A DNA stretch of 64,000 bases from an uncultured Candidatus Saccharibacteria bacterium. Its GTDB lineage: Bacteria > Patescibacteriota > Minisyncoccia > Phycocordibacterales > WO2-35-19. Every line of letters starts with the position of its first letter. The stretch's first letter is position 1. The translations under genes and the position numbers were made by a program. Location: NCBI GenBank assembly GCA_964589445.1, contig CAZPQX010000003.1, positions 42,133 through 106,132 of the forward strand, read 5' to 3'. The notes beneath the pieces are model-generated. The model was given only the letters and a program-made list of their open reading frames with translations, had not been told where the DNA came from and did not search any database. Below are positions 56,348 to 64,000 of this stretch, piece after piece.

Positions 56348-57370
56348 TTAAACAGTCTGGCAGATTTCTTCCGCTGGTACGAGCGCCTCTGCGGCTACTA
56401 CCGAGCCGTACCAGTCGAACATTCTTTGTACTACTTTTTTGCTGTGCCTCGCTAAGAGCTCACGCTTCTTGTCGAGGAAATTACTCATAAGGACTTCTTT
56501 GGCGTATGTTTCCAGCATACTCCTCTGAAGCTCATCTTCTGGGTCGTATTCCATCGCCTCCGAATCCTGTTCGGAGAGATATCTACCGAGTATCTCTGAT
56601 GAGATAAGGGAGGCATCATTGCAGAGTACAAGGTCGAATTTTCGCCTTGTGTATCTCACGATAACACTCACGAACTTAGGTGCGTTGTACCCTCGTGTTT
56701 CGCTCGGGTTGGTAAAGAGGTTTACGATTGAAACCAGTTTGGCGTCAGTTTTCCTTAAGGCCTCTGGTACTCCACCAACGACAAGGTTGGGTACTATGGA
56801 TGTATGGAGGCTTCCTGGGCCTATGACAACCAGGTTAGCGCCCATGATCCTGTCTAATGCGGTCTGGGTCGCCATGACTGGCGGCTCCAGCCTTATTTCT
56901 TCAATCGCCCTTTCGTCATTAAGAGGGCGGCTGCCGATCCTATGCTCCTTTCTAAGGAAGGTTCCATCGCTCAGTACAGCGACGAGCCTCGTGCTCTGTG
57001 CTGTTACCGGAATGACTTCACACCCCTCTCTTAAAACTTTTCTGCCGAGCCTTTGTATGCCGAGTTCAAAATTTCGGCACTTCTTGATTTCAGCGACAAT
57101 TTCTAGGTTGCCCTGACACTTGTTGCCTTCCCGTTTTTCGAGACGGGCTGTGATTTCTGGAGTTTGTGCCAGAGAGGCTATCACTTTTCTGGCGTCACCC
57201 ACTCCTGCAATCCTCTTCCCATCAATCTCTACTTCTCTCCTCAGCTCGCCAGTATGACCGCCATCGTCGGCCACCGTAACAATAGCAGTCAGAAGCTTTA
57301 ATCCTCGCCCCAAAAAGTGTGGGGCGATTGTGGATATCCCAGATCCACCACCAATCAATACTACATTCAT
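56348..57370 (-). CDS. YvcK/GlmR (CofD-related) family protein
   Basis: IGGGSG, VTVADDGGHTGELR, GPGSLHTSIVPNL; own TTGACA-17-TATAGT promoter and terminator. Confidence 0.88.
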   Translation of the reverse strand: MNVVLIGGGSGISTIAPHFLGRGLKLLTAIVTVADDGGHTGELRREVEIDGKRIAGVGDARKVIASLAQTPEITARLEKREGNKCQGNLEIVAEIKKCRNFELGIQRLGRKVLREGCEVIPVTAQSTRLVAVLSDGTFLRKEHRIGSRPLNDERAIEEIRLEPPVMATQTALDRIMGANLVVIGPGSLHTSIVPNLVVGGVPEALRKTDAKLVSIVNLFTNPSETRGYNAPKFVSVIVRYTRRKFDLVLCNDASLISSEILGRYLSEQDSEAMEYDPEDELQRSMLETYAKEVLMSNFLDKKRELLARHSKKVVQRMFDWYGSVVAAEALVPAEEICQTV

Positions 57371-57537
57371 ATACCCTCACAACTTCCCTCAATCAATATA
57401 GATCTAAAATCCAATTTTAACTATAGTGGTTTTTTAATGAACTGTCAACTTTTTCTTCATGATATATTCACTCTTTTATTGTAGAATTTAAGATGAGTTT
57501 AATGTGTTTATTTAATTAAAAAATTTATTTTATAATT

Positions 57538-57807
57538 ATGAAAAGTTTTGTAATAACAATTTTAAGTTTAGTATTACTTATCGGTATTGGTGTTTATTAT
57601 TGGACTAGAGATGACTCAAACTTAGGTGAAGAGCAGGTTTTTTGTACGATGGATGCCAAGATGTGTCCGGATGGAAGTTATGTGGGTAGGGTAGCGCCGA
57701 ATTGCGAGTTCGCAGCGTGTCCCGCTACATCAGACACTCCGAGCGGCATGATGGAAGACGGTACTACATCTGCTTCAACATCTCTTGATGTGCAAATAGG
57801 CTACTAG
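57538..57807 (+). CDS. Small membrane-anchored Cys-rich protein
   Basis: TM plus CTMDAKMCPDGSYVGRVAPNCEFAACP domain. Confidence 0.8.
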   Translation: MKSFVITILSLVLLIGIGVYYWTRDDSNLGEEQVFCTMDAKMCPDGSYVGRVAPNCEFAACPATSDTPSGMMEDGTTSASTSLDVQIGY

Positions 57808-57813
57808 AAAGTA

Positions 57814-58674
57814 CTAAATTTTTTCCACTCTAAAATCTTTAAACTCGACGTCCATAAAATCTGTGCGTATGCCTTGGAAACCTTCATTGTAGATTGGCTC
57901 AGTGCCAGAAACTTTTTTAGAGTCTACAACTTCAAGTATTTTTTGCCATTGCCCGCTTTCGTTTAAGTCACTAAAAAGTTTTATCCTTAGGGAATTATTT
58001 TCATTTTTTATTTCACTTCTGATACCAATCCACTTATTTTTGGGAAGTAGGTTTGGGTTTGTTTCTCTATTGTAAATGCCTTCAAATATTTTTTCTTGTG
58101 CCAAAGTAGTGTATTTACCCTCTAATTTCTTTTTTATTATCGCAGTACCATCTACTCTAAGTCCTGCATAGTATAGGTTGTCTCCGTCTTGGTAACGCAG
58201 CATTAGTAGTAGCCCATTTGAATCATTTCTATTTGGGCTATTGCTCAAGTTGTCTTTGATGATATTGAAGTAGCTTTGACTATAAAAATCTTTCCAGGCT
58301 GCTCTACTTACTAATCTAAAAATATTTTGAGGGTGGTAGCCATCGTCTGTGTCTAAGGCATTTGATATTTTGTAAAGTATCCGCCATTTTGAGAGTTTCG
58401 CGAGCTCACCTATGTTTGTAGTACCAACACTTTCTTTTATGTTCATGACGCCGCCAGAGTTGAGCCACCAGTAGGGGCTGCTACTTTCGGTCATGTCTCC
58501 TGATTCGCTCAGCACACCATCAGCATTGAAAGAATATATAAATGTTGAAGCCATGTTTATTTCTGCGGTGTAGTTTTTGTTTGTGTTAAATCCTAGTATA
58601 AATACTAGTATCAGAATACAGAAATATACAAATATATTTATTGCCTTTTTATAGGTTTTTTTCTTAATTTTCAT
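57814..58674 (-). CDS. Membrane-anchored beta-sandwich (lectin/ConA-like) protein
   Basis: N-terminal TM, DNLYYAGLRVDG, GIRTDFMDVEF; last gene of the GT2 operon. Confidence 0.7.
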   Translation of the reverse strand: MKIKKKTYKKAINIFVYFCILILVFILGFNTNKNYTAEINMASTFIYSFNADGVLSESGDMTESSSPYWWLNSGGVMNIKESVGTTNIGELAKLSKWRILYKISNALDTDDGYHPQNIFRLVSRAAWKDFYSQSYFNIIKDNLSNSPNRNDSNGLLLMLRYQDGDNLYYAGLRVDGTAIIKKKLEGKYTTLAQEKIFEGIYNRETNPNLLPKNKWIGIRSEIKNENNSLRIKLFSDLNESGQWQKILEVVDSKKVSGTEPIYNEGFQGIRTDFMDVEFKDFRVEKI

Positions 58675-60220
58675 TTACAGTAATGTTGGAAAATTTTGCT
58701 TGTGCCGTTCCTACTTTTGGATCCCAAATTTCTATACCTATGCCTCCGTTTTTAATTCTTTGGTTTACTCCTGTTGATTCAATTATAGGCACTCCATTTA
58801 CTAAGCATTTTATATCTTGATCATTTACTGAAATCCCCAAGTTTATATTTTCATGGGATTTGGGGGAGTAGTTTTGTGAAATTATATTATACTGAGAGTC
58901 GTCGATAACTGTCTTGATATACACTTTTCCGTTTTTTCCAAAGTTGCACGCAAAATAATTTTCATCATCTTCTCTTCTTGCTATGAGGACCACGTGACTG
59001 CCACTTTGCCAATCCACGTCTGTGGTGAATGTATAGTTTTGCCACAGATAAGAGCCTTTCATCATTGTACTAGCACCGGTGGTTTCGGTACCTGATTTGA
59101 GCCTGATTGATTCTCCTCTTTCTATTTCTCCCCAGTTTTGTGACCATTCATTTGCGTAGCTGTTTGGTGTGTAAGGCAGGTCTTTAGATACCCCTGACTC
59201 AAGTACACTAAGCAGGTATTCGGCGTCCCAATCTCCTTGGGGCTCAATCCTTTTCATCATCACTTTTTCTGGATCTCTATAATTGAAAGTTTCGCTACTT
59301 CTTTCGCCAACTTGATAAAAAGCAATTTCATACTGTCTTTCTGCTTCTTCTTTGACAATATCAGCCGCTCTAGGAAAGTTTAAAGTATCTTGCCCGAAGT
59401 CGCTAAAGGGAAAGGCCAAAGTTTTTACTTCTCTACCAAGCGCGTTTTCTAAATCCTTTTTTGAGTTTAGTAGGTCATAGGCTACTCGATCTTTAAACTC
59501 TTCTTCTGTTTCGTTTCTACCCTCCGTATCAAGCCAAAGTAGGTTGCTAAAGAAGTGCCCGATATCTCCTTTATCATTTATGTAATACCAATCATGGCTG
59601 TCTCTTCCGTGAGACTCTACTTCCCAATGAGGACTCTTCTCCATTGATAGTAGTTCGTATTCTGACATGTAGTAAGTCGATTGGTTACTGGTAGGGGAGA
59701 GGGATTTTTTGGTTATGGCAAACATTACCGCCTGAAACCCAAGATCTTTGAGGACCGGATCTGAAGGGTAAAAGGTATCTTTGCGCCCATCGTCAAAAGT
59801 GAGCAAGAAAGATTTTTCTGGTAAATCTACTTTTTCTCTTATAAAGTCGTTGAATTCTTGCAGAGATATAGTATTCCAACCGTTATTTTTGAGTGTGCGC
59901 ATATGCTGTGCAAACTTTGCTGGACTGAACGGGTTTTCACCACCACCCTCATCGGGTAAACCGTGGTATACAAGTACTGGTACTGATTTAGCAACATTAT
60001 TATTTTTTGTATAAAATACTGAAGCGCTACTGTTGTGTGTCAATAATTTATTTTGCCACCAATAACTCACATCTTCCTTAAAGCTTCTACTATAAAGACT
60101 AGATAATTCTCTTATTTTGTATTTACTTATTAGGGATGTAGAAAATATGGCTCCAGAAAATATAATAATTGCCATTATAGAGAGTCTCATTACTTTTTCT
60201 TTTGTGAAATTAAAAAACAT
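58664..60220 (-). CDS. Polysaccharide deacetylase (CE4, IcaB/PgaB-like) with C-terminal beta domain
   Basis: VPVLVYH, LTFDDG, ESHG..SH, LAFPF. Confidence 0.88.
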   Translation of the reverse strand: MFFNFTKEKVMRLSIMAIIIFSGAIFSTSLISKYKIRELSSLYSRSFKEDVSYWWQNKLLTHNSSASVFYTKNNNVAKSVPVLVYHGLPDEGGGENPFSPAKFAQHMRTLKNNGWNTISLQEFNDFIREKVDLPEKSFLLTFDDGRKDTFYPSDPVLKDLGFQAVMFAITKKSLSPTSNQSTYYMSEYELLSMEKSPHWEVESHGRDSHDWYYINDKGDIGHFFSNLLWLDTEGRNETEEEFKDRVAYDLLNSKKDLENALGREVKTLAFPFSDFGQDTLNFPRAADIVKEEAERQYEIAFYQVGERSSETFNYRDPEKVMMKRIEPQGDWDAEYLLSVLESGVSKDLPYTPNSYANEWSQNWGEIERGESIRLKSGTETTGASTMMKGSYLWQNYTFTTDVDWQSGSHVVLIARREDDENYFACNFGKNGKVYIKTVIDDSQYNIISQNYSPKSHENINLGISVNDQDIKCLVNGVPIIESTGVNQRIKNGGIGIEIWDPKVGTAQAKFSNITVNEN

Positions 60221-60229
60221 AAATTAAAT

Positions 60230-61564
60230 TTATCTTGTACCCCAGCGAGTATCATTCATCGTTATCGCCGCCCAAGGAAGTTGCCAAATAAGTATCACAG
60301 TGCTAAACCAAAAATAAACTACAGCATTAAACCAGTCTTTGTCCCCAACTTCGATTCTATAGTATATGCCATGCAAAAATAGCATAAGGAAAAGTCCAGT
60401 GAGATATGTAAAAGGAAAGGTTTGTTCGATTATCGGATACCATATGACTGCCCTGAAGAAGACAACAGGGGCAACTATTGCTAAGAATACGTAAATATAG
60501 AAAGACATGGCTGCAAAAAAATTTTTCTTCCACATAAATGATCCCGCAAGTATCGTCTCTCTTACCCAGGATTTTTTCCATCTCTGCTGTTGCTTCATAT
60601 ATTTTTTGAAATTATTTGGAACAACGGTTTCGGCTCTGGCCTCGCTAGAGTAGACAGCTTTGTATTTTTGCAGTATAAAATTTGTTAAAGACCTATCATC
60701 TCCAAATGTGCATTGTTTACCAAAGAATTTTTGGTGCAGCCAGACGTCTATAAACTCTAAGAGGTATTCTCTTCTATAAGCACTACAGCACCCAGGGCAG
60801 CAGGTGACTAGTCCAAAAACTGATTCTGCAGCTTTATATATTTTAAAAGATATATAATATCTAACCGCTTGCATCCTCGTAAGTATATTTTCTCTATCAT
60901 TGTGTACATCAGTATGTCCAGAAACCGCCCCCACTGTAGGGTCGGCAAAATATTTCACGAGATGTCTAACACAATTTTTATCTATAAAACTATCACTATC
61001 CACAAAGATAATTATTTCCCCTCGTGCCATCTTTACTCCTGAAGCCATACCCTCTCTTTTGCCTTGGTTTACTTTCCAGTCCACTACTTCAAATCTCTTT
61101 ATTTTTGCACCAAATTCTTTTTGCACTTTTAGCATTTCACTAAGAGTATTGTCGTCTGATCCATCGTTTATGGCTATAACTTCTATTTTTCCCTTAGGGT
61201 AGTTGATTGAATAAAAACAACGGAGTGTCTTGGCGATATTGTCGCCTTCATTTTTTGCGGGCACCACAAAAGATATGGTGGGAGTATATGTCATATCAGC
61301 CTTAATGGATTTATGAAAATATGAAAGTATAAATCGTGACAGGATATATAGAGTGATAAGAGAACTGTAAATTCCAAAAAATAAACTATCGTTGAGTGTT
61401 TTCCAGGAAGTAAGCTTGATGACTATTATGAGGTATATAATAAAGAAGAACAGAATTCTTAATCCTAAATCAATTCCCATATTATTGCCTTCTCCTTTTT
61501 TTGCTAATGGATCACCTTTGTATTTGTAGTTTTTGTATTGGGGGATGGTTTGTGAAGTTTGCAT
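60230..61564 (-). CDS. Processive GT2 glycosyltransferase (hyaluronan synthase/NodC-like)
   Basis: NDGS, GKR, FVDSD, CCPGCCSAYR, GDDRSLT, QQQRW. Confidence 0.9.
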   Translation of the reverse strand: MQTSQTIPQYKNYKYKGDPLAKKGEGNNMGIDLGLRILFFFIIYLIIVIKLTSWKTLNDSLFFGIYSSLITLYILSRFILSYFHKSIKADMTYTPTISFVVPAKNEGDNIAKTLRCFYSINYPKGKIEVIAINDGSDDNTLSEMLKVQKEFGAKIKRFEVVDWKVNQGKREGMASGVKMARGEIIIFVDSDSFIDKNCVRHLVKYFADPTVGAVSGHTDVHNDRENILTRMQAVRYYISFKIYKAAESVFGLVTCCPGCCSAYRREYLLEFIDVWLHQKFFGKQCTFGDDRSLTNFILQKYKAVYSSEARAETVVPNNFKKYMKQQQRWKKSWVRETILAGSFMWKKNFFAAMSFYIYVFLAIVAPVVFFRAVIWYPIIEQTFPFTYLTGLFLMLFLHGIYYRIEVGDKDWFNAVVYFWFSTVILIWQLPWAAITMNDTRWGTR

Positions 61565-61623
61565 AGTTCATATTTTAAAAAAGAACTCCTATATGAGTTC
61601 TGCTTAACTCTAGCAGGGTGACA

Positions 61624-61639
61624 GTGAAAGGAAGATGAA
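61624..61639 (-). promoter_or_regulatory. OmpR-type direct-repeat box TTCAT-N6-TTCAC
   Basis: 11 nt upstream of -10 TAGAGT (61607-61612) for the GT2 operon. Confidence 0.55.
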
Positions 61640-62803
61640 CTACACTTTTTCTTTTTTGAGGAAGTTTATTGAAATCTCGTTTAATTTAGATAAATCTACT
61701 TGTTCTTCTATGTTGGTATTTTTACCGTAAGGCAGAGTCACTATAGCGACGGTGCCCTTATTTTCAGCACTTTTTATTGTTATCCTGCCAGAGTGCATTT
61801 TTACAAGTTCGCTCACTATCGTAAGTCCAAGCCCCGATGAGCCGAGTCTTCTGTTGCGTGACTTTTCGGCACGATAAAAAGGTTCAAATATATGCATCAA
61901 GTCTTCTTTTGTGATACCCACACCCGTGTCTTCAATGTGTATGAGTACATTTCCATAGTAGTCAGGACCAACCCTGAGAGTGATGCGGCCGTCTTCTTGG
62001 GTGTAGTTGATAGCATTCTTAAGCAGGTTGCTTATTATTTGTTCAATCGCGACTGCATTACCCCAGACAATATGTGGAGTTATCTTTTTAACTATTATTT
62101 CGAGACGGTTTTTTTCAGATAATTCTTTAAATCTATTTACGGATTGATCTACTATCGGACCTATGTCTACATTTGAAAATTTTATCCTCTCTGGTCTCAC
62201 TAATTGATTAAATGAAAGTATGTTGTTTATTATTTCTGATACACGATCAAGCTCCTCGACGTTGCTTTTGAGCATGTCTTTTATATTTGGATCAATATTG
62301 CCGTCCATCAATGCGACTTCGTTGTTTGTTTTTATCACAGTGAGTGGGGTACGAAGTTCGTGAGCCACATCAGATATAAATCTCTTTTGGGAACTAAGAG
62401 CATTTTTTGCAGGGCGCAGAGTTATCTTGGCCACCAAGAATGCAAATATGACTGTAAGTACAGCAAGTATCGTGGAAAATAGACCAAAGTTTTTTGCCTT
62501 CGCTATTTTAAGCGAAGCCATGATTTGATCGGAGCTTGTAGGTTGCCCAGTATTTATGGCATTTGTAATACCATAAATTACTGTCCTTACAGCTTCTTCG
62601 TAAAGATAATTGAAGAATCCATAGGCAAGCAAAAGCAAAGCAGCCGCAAAAGTTACTTGTAGAGCTATGACATTAAGCTCACTTTTTACAAACGGGTCGC
62701 TCCACTTATTCTTTAAGCCTATAACCAACCCCACGAATTGTCTCAAGTATTCCTTCAGAGCTCTCCCAACCAAGTTTTTTTCTAAGATTTTTGACATGTA
62801 CAT
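61640..62803 (-). CDS. Sensor histidine kinase (start uncertain)
   Basis: FISDVAHELRTPL, NLLKNAINY, DTGVGI, FYR, GLGL. Confidence 0.92.
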   Translation of the reverse strand: MYMSKILEKNLVGRALKEYLRQFVGLVIGLKNKWSDPFVKSELNVIALQVTFAAALLLLAYGFFNYLYEEAVRTVIYGITNAINTGQPTSSDQIMASLKIAKAKNFGLFSTILAVLTVIFAFLVAKITLRPAKNALSSQKRFISDVAHELRTPLTVIKTNNEVALMDGNIDPNIKDMLKSNVEELDRVSEIINNILSFNQLVRPERIKFSNVDIGPIVDQSVNRFKELSEKNRLEIIVKKITPHIVWGNAVAIEQIISNLLKNAINYTQEDGRITLRVGPDYYGNVLIHIEDTGVGITKEDLMHIFEPFYRAEKSRNRRLGSSGLGLTIVSELVKMHSGRITIKSAENKGTVAIVTLPYGKNTNIEEQVDLSKLNEISINFLKKEKV

Positions 62804-63380
62804 CTACTACATTACTGAAAGAATTATAATTAAAATCCCATAAATGACTTAATAGTTCCTCTCGGTTTACTACTTTATTTGGGTTTCTCATAAAGTATTC
62901 AAGAAGCATATACTCTTTCAAGGTAAGCATAACCTCTTTTCCATTTTTTGTAACTTTCCTTGTTGACGAATTAAGCTCGACCCCTCTTATTTTGAGTATT
63001 TGAGGCAGGGAAGTCTGTGGTCTTCTAAATATTGCTTTTATCCTTGCAAGCAGCTCCTCAAAAGAAAAAGGTTTTACTATATAGTCGTCTGCTCCTGTAA
63101 GTAACAGCTCTACTTTGTTTTCTATTTCATCTCGAGCTGTAAGTATCAAGATTGGCGTGGTTATGCCTTTCTCTCTTACGCTCTTAGTTATGGCACCTCC
63201 TTCCATGCCAGGCAACATTAAATCAAGGATTATTAAATCATAATCCATGTTATTCAAAGATATCCTACTCAGGGCTTTTTCACCATTATTAATAATGTCA
63301 ACGGCATAACCGTTTTTTGCTAGGCCCGTTTGAAGAGCACTAGCCAACTTTTCTTCATCTTCTACTATTAATATTCTCAT
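62706..63380 (-). CDS. OmpR/PhoB-family response regulator
   Basis: ILIVEDE, LDLMLPG, GADDYIVKPF, VDVHVKNLRKK, TIRGVGY. Confidence 0.95.
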   Translation of the reverse strand: MRILIVEDEEKLASALQTGLAKNGYAVDIINNGEKALSRISLNNMDYDLIILDLMLPGMEGGAITKSVREKGITTPILILTARDEIENKVELLLTGADDYIVKPFSFEELLARIKAIFRRPQTSLPQILKIRGVELNSSTRKVTKNGKEVMLTLKEYMLLEYFMRNPNKVVNREELLSHLWDFNYNSFSNVVDVHVKNLRKKLGWESSEGILETIRGVGYRLKE

Positions 63381-63403
63381 GCATTAATTCTAATATATCG
63401 ATT

Positions 63404-63419
63404 ATGAATCGTTCATGAA
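63404..63419 (-). promoter_or_regulatory. OmpR-type direct-repeat box TTCAT-N6-TTCAT
   Basis: 11 nt upstream of -10 TAGAAT (63387-63392) of the response regulator. Confidence 0.6.
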
Positions 63420-63490
63420 GAAGCGGTTTTAATTTTATTTACTTTAATTTATTTTGTGACTATAATGGGCCCATAATTCCTAATAAAACC

Positions 63491-63907
63491 ATGAATTTGT
63501 TCGACCTGATAAAATCAAAGAGGTTCGACGAGGTAAACAAAGACATAGTTTTGGGCAACGCCAAATTTCCGAACGACACACTCAGAGTAAAAGACCAAAA
63601 TAGTTTTCAACTTTTCAAAATTTCGGCACAAACAACCTCTTTTGATGAGGTTGTTTCGCTCATGGATAAAGGTGGTTTTTTGCCTGCCAATATCTATGAG
63701 CTTCTTTTTTGGAATGGTTGGGATAGTAAGTCTACTGTTATTGCCCCAGGTTCTTTTGTGGAGCTAGAAGACAAGGGGTATGTTCCTTGTATGTCTTTAG
63801 ATTACTTTAGTGAGCCGGGTAAATACTACTCTATGCGCAGACTGTGCCTTCTTGAGAGAGACAGGGAGTGGAAAGGCGAGATGTTTTTCCTGGGAGTTAG
63901 AAAGTAA
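63491..63907 (+). CDS. Hypothetical protein
   Basis: 138-aa ORF with GFLPANIYELL motif. Confidence 0.65.
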   Translation: MNLFDLIKSKRFDEVNKDIVLGNAKFPNDTLRVKDQNSFQLFKISAQTTSFDEVVSLMDKGGFLPANIYELLFWNGWDSKSTVIAPGSFVELEDKGYVPCMSLDYFSEPGKYYSMRRLCLLERDREWKGEMFFLGVRK

Positions 63908-63998
63908 AGCTATCTATATCTTTTGATCTGAAATTTTCAAACTCGACATCCATAAAGTCAGTCCTGATGCCAGTATATCCTTCGCTAGTAAAAGCGGA
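63897..63998 (-). CDS. C-terminal end of a paralog of the 57814-58674 protein (partial)
   Basis: Manual translation SAFTSEGYTGIRTDFMDVEFENFRSKDIDSFTF* matches EGFQGIRTDFMDVEFKDFR. Confidence 0.8.
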   Translation of the reverse strand, partial: SAFTSEGYTGIRTDFMDVEFENFRSKDIDSFTF

Positions 63999-64000
63999 GC

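Noticed and set aside
62706-62803. 98-bp overlap of kinase and response regulator as a special feature
   Set aside because: Kinase start is uncertain; later TTG/GTG starts would shorten the overlap

Overview
This 64-kb window of low-GC bacterial chromosome looks like Patescibacteria/CPR (Parcubacteria-like). That is an inference from gene content (shortened ValRS, CPR-style surface proteins, many apparently leaderless genes), not a database result. It runs from the 3' end of pyrG through a tRNA-Gln-anchored accessory region with three GIY-YIG nucleases, a sigma70-region-4/alpha-CTD fusion, an HATPase-STAS module and a LuxR regulator. Next come a DEAD-box helicase, a type I-like R-M locus with an M-S fusion, an RloC-like ATPase and a PD-(D/E)xK nuclease. 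These are followed by redox and surface genes, rnj, secG, groES/EL, tRNA-Phe, valS, tsaD, tRNA-Glu/Ser, and a GT2-deacetylase polysaccharide operon beside an OmpR-type two-component system. The most striking unexplained signal is non-coding. The tRNA genes are followed by small palindromic elements that copy the adjacent tRNA 3' end as X - inverted X - X; this is clear at Ser and Glu, miniature at Phe and partial at Gln. Element ends are shared between different tRNA loci. Repeated ends punctuate an array of single-gene cassettes behind tRNA-Gln, and a GIY-YIG gene sits at the anticodon of a broken tRNA-Gln copy. Other observations: GC-richer stand-alone genes that resemble those of a free-living (possibly host) bacterium, several candidate small RNAs, and a TTCAY-N6-TTCAY box that defines a probable two-component regulon. 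No CRISPR array, rRNA, integrase or transposase was found.
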